Shown here piece by piece: positions 27,601 to 40,500 of a stretch of 64,000 bases of DNA. Position 1 is the stretch's first letter. Each line of letters begins with the position of its first letter. The notes under the pieces are model-generated. The model had not been told where the DNA came from. It did not search any database and saw nothing but the letters and a program-made list of their open reading frames with translations. Both the position numbers and the translations under genes were made by a program. Source of the stretch: Antedon mediterranea (taxonomy: Eukaryota > Animalia > Echinodermata); NCBI RefSeq assembly GCF_964355755.1, contig NC_092676.1, positions 18,432,871-18,496,870 on the forward strand, in the 5' to 3' direction.

Positions 27601-30600
27601 CAAAAATATGACTTTTTTGCAAGTTCTTGAACAGTATTATATATTTGTGAAAATGCTTTAAATTTTATTTGTTTTAGTAACTCTTTTATTTTAGGTTTAA
27701 TAATTTTTTATAAATTTATAACGATTTTCTGCTTCATCACATAAAATTCACTTTCGTAATACTAAATCATGAAGGTTTAACAAAAATTGATTTAAAACAG
27801 AACTACGGTATTTAGTGCAAACAGTATATTACTAAAAAAACTATGGCACAATAGACCAATTCTAGAGGAAAGGTTATAGGTCAAAGTTCACTGCCAACAA
27901 TGTACACTTGGTTGTACTTGGCTGGTTTAGTAATTAAAGCACCACAACGCTGGGTGAGACCAAATCCACTCTGGTAGTTTCCTGAAGTCATTGTTGTATC
28001 AGCCCTAGCTCAGTTACAAGGTCATATTTACAATTATGCCCGACGGTTAAAACAGAAATTAAAATTAGATACCGCATTACTGAATAGTAAATACACCGTA
28101 GTGTAATTTGATTTTTTACACAACAGAAGAAAAGATAGATATCTGCAGAGTGAACATAAAATATTAATAATTTTTATTTTATTTTTAAATTTTGAATACA
28201 AAATTGTCACATGCTACAGCCCAGTACAGTAGGTCAATCTATTATATTTTCTTCCAGATTCTAAAGCTGTCTACACCATCAAAAACTAGTTTTACAAAAA
28301 AAAGTGTGATATGGCCAAATATGGTAGTGATATGACATCATCGTGTCCATATATGGGAACATCAGATTTTTTTTGTCACATAAAGTTTGATAGTGTAGAC
28401 AGAGCTTAATACTGTACAGTCAGTAGTACAGTTATATTGTTGAAGTGACGAATTCTAGTTCCTTGAGTTTTGAAAGGTGTTTGGAAGATGGGAATAAGGA
28501 CACACCGTTGTCATTTTTGATTTGCGCAAATAAATATTTTTAGTGGAAAAACGGCTTAAGACGGGCAAAGTATTGGTAGCCGACAGAGTTGGTGTGGGTC
28601 TTTAACTGACATACTATTCATTAATGTGTAGCTAGCTATATTACCAAGTTCCATGGGTTAGACGTGATCTGGATTTTTCTGTTTTCCTTATTATTTATCA
28701 CTGTACAGGTATAATATTTTGTGTTAGTACACTTTAAGCTTGGTTCCCACTAGAACGTAACGCAAGGACGTAAACGCAACGCAAGCGTTTTAACCAATGA
28801 CAAGCGAAGTTATAGATAGTTAGCAATCACAAGCGAATAAGCCATCGCTTGTGATTGGTCAATTCACTTGCGTTGCGTTACGTCCTTGTGTTGCGTCGCT
28901 AGTGGGAACCACGCTTTAGAGTAAATACAGCATACTTTACTCTCCTACTGTACTGTAAATTTTGTATAGTGTTTTGATTAAAGCTCCTAAAAATAATAAT
29001 GTGTGAGAAAACAGGAAATGCAGATGGAATGATTCAAGTAGAATGAATTTAATTTTCCAGATTTAAAGTCAATTCTGGCGGCCTGGACAATCGATATTAA
29101 TTAAATGTCTTGTAATCAATACAGCTGGAGAATACCAGAAGTAATTTTGAAACTGTACATACATTATCTGAGATGTGTATTATTTTGCAATGACCACCAA
29201 GACTATGCTTTTGAATTAGCATCAACCTTTATGTGACAAAAAAATGTGATGTGCCTATTATATGGGTTAATAATGACGATTCGGTACAATTTTGTAATTT
29301 TGTTGTCAAAATCTGGAAGACAATTTTCTAATTTTGAAAAGAAGAAGAAAAATATTACAACTAACATTTTTTTGTCACATTATATTTTTATTTAGTGTAT
29401 TTTTTTATTTTATTTATTTCATGGATTGCTTTTATTTTTATGTGAAGCGCATAGAGGCTTGATGCATTATGCGCTTAAAAATTCCAAATTTATCATTATT
29501 TAGTATTCTAAATATTTTTCCTGTTTTGTTTTTCGATTTTGGATTGGGCTACAGGAAAATATCCCAAAACTTACAAATTCTTTCCAATTGAATACCACCA
29601 CAAAGGAAATTTAAATATTGACTCAAAGTAAAATACAGTACTTCGTATTTTAAGGGAAGTGCGATTGGTGGCCACTGGATTTTAAGAACTGGGAACGTCA
29701 TGAGTTACTTTACGATGACCAAGTCCTTATTTAACGAGTTTTCTTCATGTCAGTACCTTGTGTCAGGTCATGGTGTACTATACAGGAAGCTGTTTTCTTA
29801 GAATTGACAAATTATTGATGCTTTATTTTGAGAAATACAGTACTTTAACTGTAAGTCTGTTAATTAGTTAATTGATCTATTGTATGAACCTTAAACCTTC
29901 TTAACACTATGCTGTTTAAACAAAGACTGTAAAATCAAATGTTAACAAACATTGTGCATTAAAAAGTGATCATTTCATATTATGTTATTACAAAGCTTAT
30001 TATCTCCAATATCATAAAGCAAGCAATGTTAAATAAAGTGGTTTATCAACTAATTTTCCGTCACAGTTCACAGTCCAGTTATAAAACCATTAAAAGCAAC
30101 TGCACAGAAAAGCTTCTGCTTATAAGCTTGTCTAATCTATGATGACCTCATTTTCCAGACTCTCTCATAACAAAAGGTAACAAAGGAATTTAGCAAAATG
30201 TGTTTTGTAAACAGAGTGTAACTTTGTAGAGGAGCTGTAGCTTGGTGGTTAACATGCTTGCCTTCCAATCCCTAGGTCCAGGGTTCAATCCTGACCTGTA
30301 CAAGGGTTTTAACTCGCCAACTCCACTCCCAAAGCCTCAAATTAGACTTAGTTTATAAGCACGATAAATTATTAAATAGTTTTATCCATCCTGTAATTGA
30401 CGAGTTACTCACTGTTGGATGCGTATGACAACAAAAATGCAAACAAACAGGTACAGAATATAGTATCATCTAAACAGTTTATTCACTGTAGGAATATTGC
30501 AAATTAGTACTGTACAGTTGGTACTGTGGCGTGGAGAAATAAACTCTCTGTGATAGTGATACTGTATGTAGTAGTGGTAACTTTAAACTATGTTTACTGT

Positions 30601-33600
30601 ACTTGATGTTTGTTTACTGTACAGTAATTTATTTGTTTACATAATTTGTCCTGAAAATAAGAAAATTTGGATTAGGCCATCTTGGATGCAGTGCCAAGTA
30701 CCATGAACTACAGGGGCCGAGATGGAACAGTATACTGCGGTAACCCCTACTTTTCCGAAAGATGCATTATGTTATTTAAGTGCACAAAAACTAGTCGTGT
30801 ACATTTAAATCTCCTTATCCAAGAATCCATAACACTGTTAAAGTCTAGAATATTCTCTCCTTCTGTATGACATACTCTTACTACATGCAACTCATACTAT
30901 GTTTACTGAAAATTGATCTGCTTGTTGTATAATACAAATATTGATCAGTTCCAAACACACCCATCTTGAAATACAAAAGAACATTGTTATCCTATTAAAT
31001 TACAAATAAATAAGCAGTCCTTGTTAGTCCCCAGAAGCCTAATAAATATTGCACATTTTAATTCATATTCTGGTGTCATTTTATATCTTAATTTCCATCT
31101 CTGCTTGACAGTAATTAGGCTACCGTAAGCGTCAAACTGTAGACTCCTGAATACTCTAATGTATTTGTAAAGATGACACACTGGTGGGTTCATCGACCTA
31201 AAGTGAAGTTTAAACCTAATACACTGTACTTAAGAATACATCATTAATGATGTACAATGGAAAGCTACTGTATATTTACAGTACTATTCCTCTGTATGCA
31301 TCCCTGTACAAACTGTAGATTTTTGGAAATTTCATTACGTAAATGTATTCCATGTAATGTACACTGATGATAGTGATATTGATAAATTATAAATCACTAC
31401 TGTACTGTTTGTTCTGCAAACTTGGGTCATCATCAAGTAAGGCTTTCGCAAATTAATAACAGGTTCGCAACAAAGAGATATATACTTTACTGTACTGTGT
31501 GTAGTTTATTTTGGGTATCAATGATGGCTGAGGTTGGTGGTACTTGAACATGGGGATGTACTGTTGACTGTATAGCTCTGTCTACACTATCAAAGTGTAA
31601 TGTGCCCAAATACTGTATGGTATTGGTAGTGATATGATGTCATTGTGAGCATATATGTGGGCATGTCACATAAAGTTTGATAGTGTAGACAGAGCTTTAG
31701 TTTGGTATTTTGTACTGTACGCTGTGCAACTACAGTGTGAATGCCAATATGATAAATAAGTATTGGCTCTTGGAAATACTGTATTATAGTCTTTCAAAGT
31801 AAAAGGTCGTAACTCACTTGAGTGTAAAATAATACAATCTGTATTGTTTGTTTAGACTTAACAGTTTCAAGTACAAACATAGTTCAAATGACTATACGGT
31901 ACTTAAATGAGATTCTGCACAGTAGGAAGGAAGATGAATACAGTAGTTATACTTACTGGTTTTGGATTAGCTGGATTGTTAGGGCGCTTTTACCAACACC
32001 TCCAGCTACAAGAAAAAAAATAATAATATTAAATATTGTACAATTTTAAACTTTTTGAGCAGTGTACAGTAGTGTGGAGTACTGTAAGGTTACATACAGT
32101 AGTAGGTACTATAACAAAGTACTGTGTATACCAAACACTATGTAATTTTTAGGCAAACAAAAAAAGCAACAGAAAATAAATGACATAATCAAAGCATTGG
32201 TTAGAATATTTTTAATACAGTATTTCTGTAAATTCTTAGTTATTAAGAAAATGGATGTACAATACTAGAAAACAAGCTATCATAATGCACCCTTGTTTTC
32301 CTCAGTTCTCTTTTATTGTACAGTCAGTACATATAGTTTTGCACATTTTTGCTCTAAAGATCACCTGCACAGAATATATTTAAAAAGATTATTTATTTAT
32401 TATGTACTACTGTAGAGTAGTATTTTTAGAAATTCAATTTGCTTTTAATGAAAAGACAAAGAGCAATGTCACACCATCACACACAATAAAATAGGATCTG
32501 GTGATGTAGATGTTTGGATTCTTAACTATACTCAACAGTACCTGTACTGTAGCTATGTACGTTTATAAGCAAGGGAGGAAGATTTTAAATTTAAAGTACA
32601 TTTTTAATATGTTGTACAGGTAAAGTACAGTTTAAAGTCATGTATCAAATTCCTCATTTAATGATATTTTTTTTATTTTATTTTTTTTATTTTTATTTTA
32701 TGTCTTTATTAATTAATTAATCACTGTCCTATTAGATAGGTGGTAATCCCCCTGATACATGGGCTATTGTGTGAACCAGTTCACCGGGGTAACCCCCTAC
32801 TCTTTTTCGAATAATGAACTGGGTTCTTTAAAGTACACACAGGTTATAACAGTGTACACTGGACCTACGGTTTATAGTCCATATCAGTAATGTTTTTCTA
32901 CGACGCTAGCTGTATCCTGTTCAGACGTGTACGGCATTGCGATTGGTTGCAATTATACTATTTGGTGTGATTTGAAGTGAAGGAAAGGTCATAAATGTAT
33001 GGTTCACCTTTCAGATATGGTCAATTATTACGTGAACTGTTGTACTTAAAACTGTATGTATATATCATAGGTTACAAACTGTATTTTAGTTGCTATCTGA
33101 TTTAATATTTACTGTTTTTAAGTACAGTAATTGTAGCATACAACAGTTAAAAATTGCAAGTATTACAACAACGATATTCAATTACATATCGATTAAATTG
33201 CGTATGGGTATAACTGGTGTGGTTTCATAAAATTAATGTATATTTTAAGGTAAAATTGTTTAAAAAAAATTGATTGACTGTCAAAAGGGGAAGCATGCAC
33301 TATTCCAGGGCTTCTCTACCCTCTCCACCCATGATCTGTATACTCTAACTTAACATTATTTTCGAAACACCATACAGTACCGTACTTTAAAGTGCATTAA
33401 ATGTATGGACAATATTTGTTAGAATGTACTGTACATTCCAAAAGAATAAAAGAAATGACTGAATGACAAGTTATCCAACCCTAGTACTTTAGATTTAAGT
33501 TCCGATGTTATTCAATTCACGAGTGTAATTATTTACCATGATGTGCAAAAGTAAACATACTGTGTAAACAATATTTATAGGTGGTGTTATTTGAGCTGAT

Positions 33601-34661
33601 ATAGCTACAGTATTACTATTTAGAGTCAAAATTCAAGAACAGTTATACTGAGCTACGTACACAGAAGTAATTTTTGTAGGTGCTTTAGTCAGAATTTTGG
33701 GCGCTTAAGCTGATTTGGTCCAGCACCCCGAGTTCGCTTTCACATCGAAGCACGAATTTGTATAATCCATTGTCAAGTGAGGTCATTCATGCTCAATGTT
33801 TATTGGTCAAAAGAAAAAAATCATACGATTTCAGCAATCAAATTAGGTACGCATTAAAATCATACGAATTTGGTGTGAACGATCCTATGCTTTACCACTG
33901 AACCCATTTTCCACGATATTTTTCTGAAGACACTGTTTGAGTGTTCGTGAAGTCTTATGGCAGCAATCTTGATTGTCACGTTTGGTGCAAACATATAGTT
34001 GCACCGGACTTTGTAAATGGTCAGACTAGCACATTTTACATAGAAATAACTGCTCAAAAGACCTTTCAAATAAGTTAAAAATGGAATCTGTGCAAAGAAA
34101 AATATTTGGTAAAGCAACTTCAAGGAAGCCTGGGCTAGGACTACACAAACCTTTAATAAACGTTCACTTTCAGTACACAAATAAAATAAATAAACTAGGC
34201 TATCCAACCTTTTTTTACAATTAGTTATTAGGCCTAGGCTAGACAAACAAAGGCATACCCAGCCGTCAAAAATACAAATGACCAATAAACAATAACATAA
34301 TAATAAACAAGTCAAGGGATTCCAGGGACCCTTTTGTTCATACAGTATAATTATTTGTCGCTCTTTAATTAGGCAATGATCATCTGCCATCACATCAATA
34401 GTTTGTCAAAACGGCCATTGAGAAATTCATCTAATCTTGGCCGACATAAGCCTAGGGAGTTGGCTCAACTTAGCTTAAATTACTTAGATTTCGGTGAGTC
34501 ACAAACGGGCCCACATAGCACAAAAGATTTGTAAACACGAGTTACCAGGTAGAGTGGACGCCCGCTGGCTGCTCTGCTGCTCCGAAATCGGAGCAGAATT
34601 TTTGAGCTTGTATTTTTCTACTTAGCTTACCTCCTACTACGACCAGCTTATATTCCGTCAT
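12657..34661 (-). CDS. KRAS: Ras GTPase (H/N/K-Ras pro-ortholog with KRas4B-like polybasic tail), 187 aa, complete
   Basis: Exons 34631-34661, 31957-32005, 25369-25397, 23611-23695, 15646-15788, 13845-13963, 13651-13692, 12657-12722 total 564 nt, all GT-AG and in phase. Protein: [78 protein letters not shown]...VGNKIDL...[45 protein letters not shown]. Confidence 0.96.
14207..14635. repeat. Direct tandem duplication of ~215 bp in Ras intron 5
   Basis: ATTAATATTAAACTTATTTTCAAGAAAATG...GAGATAAAGATATCTAC occurs twice with few differences. Confidence 0.9.
15047..15450. repeat. 62-bp minisatellite (~6.5 near-perfect copies plus degenerate flanks) in Ras intron 5
   Basis: Unit TAGTAGTTGTTACCACTGAAATACCTGTTTATGGAATATGCAGGGACTATTGCATGGATGTA. 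Confidence 0.95.
18522..18707. mobile_element. Palindromic fold-back element (~186 bp), probably a MITE or transposon end
   Basis: ACAGATATTG..GGTTAAATATAAGATTTGACATCCCC..GGGAATGATATTAAGTTC is mirrored on the right arm around a short GC-rich loop. Confidence 0.65.
18841..19149. repeat. ~310-bp interrupted palindrome (fold-back) centred at 19015
   Basis: Core ATAGGCATACTGACACATGTAC-T-GTACATGTGTCAGTATGCCTAT; outer arms GAAATAAAGATCTTAATTTGGAACTACTGTACTGTCAACACAGTGCTAC and ATAATGTGCAAAATCAATAATC each pair with their reverse complements. Confidence 0.9.
19150..20422 (-). mobile_element. Non-autonomous Helitron-like element (~1.27 kb) in Ras intron 4
   Basis: The minus strand begins A|TCTATATATAAA at 20422 and ends ...GCGAGCGAAGCGAGCGTGCCATCTAG|T at 19150: 5' TC, 3' CTAG with subterminal hairpin, A|T insertion site and no TSD. 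Confidence 0.7.
21633..21980 (+). mobile_element. Deu/Nin-like SINE copy
   Basis: TGGCCGAGCGGTTAAGAC...GGGTTCGAGTC...GGATAAGGACTATAAAC...GAGTAGGGG, homologous to 59595-59910. Confidence 0.65.
23251..23393. mobile_element. Tourist-like MITE family A copy
   Basis: TAA|AGCTTGGTTCCCACTAG...CTAGTGGAAACCAAGCT|TAA. Confidence 0.85.
23766..24847. mobile_element. Non-autonomous PIF/Harbinger-like DNA transposon (~1.08 kb) in Ras intron 3
   Basis: Long TIR CCCTGTTCAGACCCATGGCGTTAGACCGTTTTAGCGTAC mirrored at the right end; TAA flanks both sides. Confidence 0.8.
28737..28915. mobile_element. Tourist-like MITE family A (other copies: 1-67 partial, 23251-23393, 26706-26883, 37955-38092)
   Basis: TIR AGCTTGGTTCCCACTAG/CTAGTGGGAACCAMGCT with TTA or TAA TSD; five copies in the window. 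Confidence 0.85.
30230..30450 (+). mobile_element. Probable tRNA-derived SINE or tRNA pseudogene
   Basis: GTAGCTTGGTGGTTAACA A-box and GGGTTCAATCC B-box; no matching acceptor stem; A-rich (CAAA) tail. Confidence 0.5.
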
Positions 34662-34794
34662 TGTATGGTCCTTTAGGGCCAAATATATTCACTATTGCAT
34701 AAATAACCAAATATAAATATGTTTTATGCGTCCCGTCCTCAGATAAAAGGTTAAAGGCTGTTACAAACCAAACTAAAACAGAGAAGATACACAG

Positions 34795-34915
34795 ACACTA
34801 CGAACTCTAGTACGCCTGCACCATGACACAACCATGAAACGACGCCCTTTATAAAAGGTGAATGCTCGCGATCTAAAAATAGTAAAATTCGGTAAGCGTC
34901 ATAGCGCCCTCTCTC
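34795..34915 (-). promoter_or_regulatory. Putative Ras core promoter
   Basis: CpG-enriched patch upstream of the ATG with palindromic CTTTTATAAAAG (~34847-34858) and AGAGGGCGCTA (minus strand, 34902-34912; CTCF-core-like). Confidence 0.35.
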
Positions 34916-36814
34916 AATATACAATTCACATTTTTATTCATTTTCATCAAAACTTGGATTGAAAAAGAAAATTATTAAATAAAAACATAATTTTTTTTAA
35001 ATAGTTATCCAGCATCAAGCCCATTGTGTGAAATTTGATCATCTAGATATTATAATATTATCTCTATGGCGCAATCAATTTTGCTTTTTTTAATACTGTA
35101 ATTAATACTCCAGAAGGTCTATTCAAATTTGGATTTACACATCTCTAATTGTTCATGTTTTGGAGGACAATACATCTTGGTCATTAATAACATTTTGCTT
35201 TTGTAGGATAAAAATTTGTTATAATATATTATTATTATCAATGTGTTTGCAAATGTATATTTGTCATTTTTGGCAATAAGCATCAAACAAGAATGTACAG
35301 CACTCATTATAAACACTCTATAGTGTATTTATTTATATCATGAAACTATAATTATAGTTCCATGTTTATATCACCTGTAAAGCGTACAACCACATCCTCT
35401 GAATATTAGAAAAAAAATTCAAATCAACCAATCACCGACCATCCCATAATTTATACATTATTTCTGTACGCTTGCACACGTATTAAACTTATGCTAACTG
35501 AATAATACTAAATTGATCTTTATAAATGAAATACAGTACAGTAATAATCAAGAAGAATACATATTTACAGTTATTATAAATATTATAATTATAGTTTAAG
35601 ATTAGGTATATGCGAGTCACATTCATTTTGAACATAGGGGAATGAATTGTTAGGCTCATTGTATTAAGCCTTAGTAGGGTGGCCAGTTCCTTTCCGTGTC
35701 ATGTTCCTTTCCGTGTCATGTTATCTTCCCGAGTAACAAACGCACTTGTTTACAGTCGTTCTTACCAGGAATTGAACCCCGTTAAGTCCTAACCACCCGC
35801 CTAAATTTGTAAAAGATATTAAGAAACTCTACCCCACTATATGAAATATGTAAACAGAAATTAAATATAACTATTAGTTTATGATAAACTATAAAGAAAA
35901 GATAAATCAAATATGTGTTAAATAATAGAAATAAATATATCCGATTTTGTCTGCTTTTTAGATCATTTTACAATACACTTTAAATAAACATTTTTTTTTA
36001 TAAATAATATAATAATAAATCAAAGGATCTATTTCTATAAATTCTTAAGCGAAATACAGAAACATAATAAATGAAATATACAATCAGTAATTAATAAAGT
36101 GTACACTAAAAAAGAGTAATAGTGGAACAGTTATACCACTTGCAAGCAAGTTTCAAAACAGTATTTAACATAATGCTTTAAACACAACTAAGTTTACAGT
36201 AGTTGAGTATGTTGAAATTGCCATTTTAGACCATGGAGCTGTGGGATTAAAAGCCAAAATAAATTAAATTGATAGTATTTTTTTTAAAGAATTTAGAGTT
36301 ACTTGTATAATTTAATTTACCACTCAAAAACCATTACCAATTATTGTCAATGTTAACATGATACACTATAATGCTCCAATTAACTTAGTGAAATGGAGGG
36401 CATTACACTATAATGCTCCGATTAACTTAGTGAAATGGAGGGCATTACTGGATGTGATGTCCAGATATGCCTCCAATTTGGTATCACAAAATTGGGAAAT
36501 AAGTTGATATGTATTAAATATAAAAATGCCAATGCAACCTAGAGCAATATGGTAAAAACAGTATCCTACGGTCACAGTAGTTTTTAAATGTGCAAGTTCA
36601 TTTTAATTAAATTAACTTTATAAAATACTGCACATACAAATACTGTAAACTTTCAAAAGGGATAAATTACTAGAATCATGTCATACTTTAAAAAGAGAAA
36701 CTACAGGACAATTTCAAAATTTACACATATCTGTGTACTACTTAACATTAGATCCATGGAGCTGAATGCCTCTTTTATATACAGTATATATGGCTCTGAT
36801 AACAACAATTCTGT

Positions 36815-37342
36815 ACATAGATACAACCTAGCTGCAATTTTGCAACTTCCATAATCTAGCTGCAATTCTGCAACTTCCATTACATAGATACAACCTAGCT
36901 GCAATTATGCAACCACTCTAACATAGCTGCAATTTTGCAACTTCCATTACATAGATGTAACTTAGCTGCAATGCGATTCTGCAACTTCCATTAAATAGAT
37001 GCAACCTAGCTGCAATTCTGCAACTTTCATAACCTAACTGCAACATCTGCAATGTCTATTTCATAAATGCAACCTAGTTGCAGTTCTGCACCTTCCATAA
37101 CCTAGCTGCAATTTTGCAACTTTCTTTACATAGATATAACCTAGCTGCAATTCTGCAACTTCCATTACATAGATGCAAGCTAGTTGCAATTCTGCAACTT
37201 CCATTACATAGACACAACTCGGCTGCAATTCTACAACTTCTATTACATAGATGCAACCTAGCTGCAATTCTGCAACTTCTATTACATAGATGCAACCTAG
37301 CTGCAATTCTGCAACTTCCATTACATAGCTACAACCAAGCTG
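36815..37342. repeat. Degenerate 39-bp minisatellite downstream of the Myb stop
   Basis: Unit CTAGCTGCAATTCTGCAACTTCCATTACATAGATGCAAC; gives 13-aa-repeat spurious ORFs. Confidence 0.9.
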
Positions 37343-37523
37343 CGATAACACTATATATTTATTTATTTACATACGCAATGAATTCATCAATCAGTCTTCT
37401 TTCTTGATTTTCTTTGGTATAACTTCTGTGACTTCATCGAAAAAAATATATACTTGGAAATCTATTTATGTTAGGTAAACACCTACACAAATATAAGTAT
37501 AAAGTTTATTTTGATTGATTATT

Positions 37524-40500
37524 TCAAAGTTTTAATGATCTGGGTCTCATGTTACTGAACAAGTACTTCTTGGCTTGCTGTATGAGGATGAGCTGGTCAG
37601 CTGTCTGGCCACACGCAACTGCTTCCCATGCCTTGTTCAACTGTTACAAAATTAAAATAACATTTTTATTAAAGTTTTATAGTCCTAGGGCCTGTAATTG
37701 TCAAATTATCTTGTAGGCTAGATAGAGATGGGGTCCAAGGGTGCGGACCTCATACTTAAGAGGTCTCAAAATGATATAGGCTTTAATAAGGATATTATAA
37801 TTAACCCCATTTTTAAAAGTTACTTTTCAATATCATAAACTCTTCACAGACCATATGAAATTCACTTGTTGCAGACATCAAATTGCCTACAGAGAACCCA
37901 GATATAAAATAACAAAAACAAATCATAAAGGCACAGAGATGAGAAAAATGATTAAGCTTCGTTCCGACTGGAACACAATGCAAGGATGTAACTGCACCGG
38001 AGTAATTTGACCAATCACAACGCGATGGATTATCCAAGCTGTCGCTGTGATTGGTCAACTGACTTGCATTGCGGCCACATGGAACCAAAGCTTTAGAGAT
38101 AACAAAACAAAAGTACTGACCTTAATGGGAGGCTTAAATGGAGTTTCATTGATTTTCTTAAAATCTTTCTTTGGTCTGTATTTACTGATGCTAGTCTGTG
38201 CCGCTGGGGCTACAAAGCCTTGGTCAAGGGTAACAGAGAAACTGTCACTGCTGCTGTTAAGTTTGCTAGGCCTATCAGGTGACATTAGGAGAGATGAATC
38301 AGCCAGAAGAGATGAGCTCTACAATCAAACAATTTCGTTAAAATTTCAATGGAAAAGAATTCATTAGGCTACAAATAATTATAACCTGTGCCATGTCATT
38401 GGTTAATTTGTATCACATGCTATGCATTATTTACTGCTATTCTAATGACTCTTTTTTTGTAGATATTTTTAGAATTGAGTGTAATGCACTAAGCTTATTA
38501 ATAGGCATTAGGAAATCCAACAGTAGTTACTGAAAAAATGATAATTGCTCTACCCTGTGTTTAATTACAAAGTACTGTACAGCATTTTTTAATGTTCCAC
38601 ATTTTTATTATTTTTTTAAATATTCGATTAAAGATGAAAGCGACAAATGAATACACCAAATGTCCAATCCATGGATACACAATTTCTTCATTAAAATGTA
38701 TCTGTTGATTACACTATCTTTGCAGCACTTTATCGCAATGTATCTTACAGTGCATGTGTGGATATTGGCAGAGTACAGATTGCAAAAAAGTCATACAGCA
38801 TCATCTTTCTGAACACACAACAATATTAATTCTCTTGAAATATGTTAGTATAGTGCTTTTTTATATGTGAACTTACCTGTGGCTGAACCTGGTTGGCAAT
38901 GTGGTCCAAATTGGTTATATTAGGAGGAGGAGGAGGTGCAGCTGACTGATTGATGTTAGTAAGGGGTAGTAAGTGACTCAACAACTCTGGCTCTGAACTA
39001 AAATTCTCCAATGATGGTAGACTATATCCACCCTAGGATTAATACACACACAATGTTGATGTTGAAGGTTAGTTAGTGAAAAAATACAACTAGAAAGTTT
39101 TATTAGTGATTTGTGCAAAGCAGCTTTTTAAATTTTGTAACAAGCGTGTGGCACAGTGTGTTGGACATTGGACTAGGTGAGATCGTGGGTTCGAATCTAA
39201 GGCTTGTCACATTGCTTGTATCCTTAGGCAAGACACTTTACTTATGTTTACCTCTCTCCACCCAGGTGTACAAATGGGTACCTGGTTTAGGTCAAGACAC
39301 AACTGTGCGCTGATTACTAGCTGCATTATGGGAGTATGTTTCCATACATTTAAAAATGACCGGGGTAATGATAAGTATTTTAGAGGGCACAGTGGAATTC
39401 TCTCTCTAAAAGAAGAGTATAAAAAAACATTTCTTTTTTTTTTGTAATGTTATCTAACAAATTTCTTTTTTGTAAAAATAAAACAAATAGCTTTATAAAT
39501 TGTAGGTCCCAGATGTTTTCAAGCCTGACTTATTCTTTAGCTACTAATTAGTTGCAATTGTTGCAAGTGTCTGACATTGAAATATTATAAATATTCATTA
39601 TTAATTAACATACTGTAAGCACAAAAGATGGCAAATTTGTATTCGTAGAAATTCAGAAATCAGGAATTATAAATGAAAGATAAAATTAAATAATTATCAG
39701 GAAATGAGATGGGTTTTTAAGTAGAACTGTCGACGTTAAAAAAGCAAACGTTTTATAAGTTTTTCAAACAGCATCAAATCTAGTATATTTCAAACGAGTG
39801 AATCATGCGCAAAGCTTTAAAATGATGGTAAATATGTAAAATCCCTAGTCATACTATTGTATATTAATGCAGTGAACCAATAATTAATACGAGATACAGT
39901 ATAAACATCATCAATGCTTAAGCATTGGGCAATTAAAAAAGAAATACGCCTGAAGCAATAATGATAAGAATTAAAATTAAGGTGCAAATGAAAGGTGTGT
40001 GATAAGCATTAGGTTTATACTTTAATTAATCTTTCTCAATTACCAAATATTAAAGAACCTGAAGGTCCATTAATAAGTTTGATATATTACCAGATTTTCG
40101 GAACTCACTGTATCTAGATTTCTCCCAATTCCATAATACATCATCGCTTGTGATTCACATTACATGATATAGATCACATGTGATATACATAAATGCTGTA
40201 TAATGGAATTGTTCTGATACAGGGGAAACATTGTATGATGTGGAGATACAGCAATGAGAATCGGGTAATATAAAGAAACTATGTAAAATGTGAGGCAAAC
40301 CATTATGATTCTATATTTCAAACTCTAGTTTTTCATCTAATTTCAAAATATAGAATCATAATTTTTCAAAGTTTGTTTTATCATATGATATTTAATAATT
40401 AATGATAAAAAGATGATGTGAAAAGACAACAAAAAATGGCGATAGAACAACACCATCCATGCAGTAGAGAAAACGGTCGAAACTATGACTCGACTTTTAT

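Noticed and set aside
30230-30300. Functional tRNA gene
   Set aside because: A and B boxes are present, but there is no paired acceptor stem and it continues into a SINE-like body.
33860-34393. 177-aa minus-strand ORF in Ras intron 1
   Set aside because: No recognisable domain or splice support, and its composition is typical of AT-rich non-coding DNA.
36701-37407. Repeat-containing ORFs downstream of Myb
   Set aside because: They are translations of the 39-bp minisatellite.
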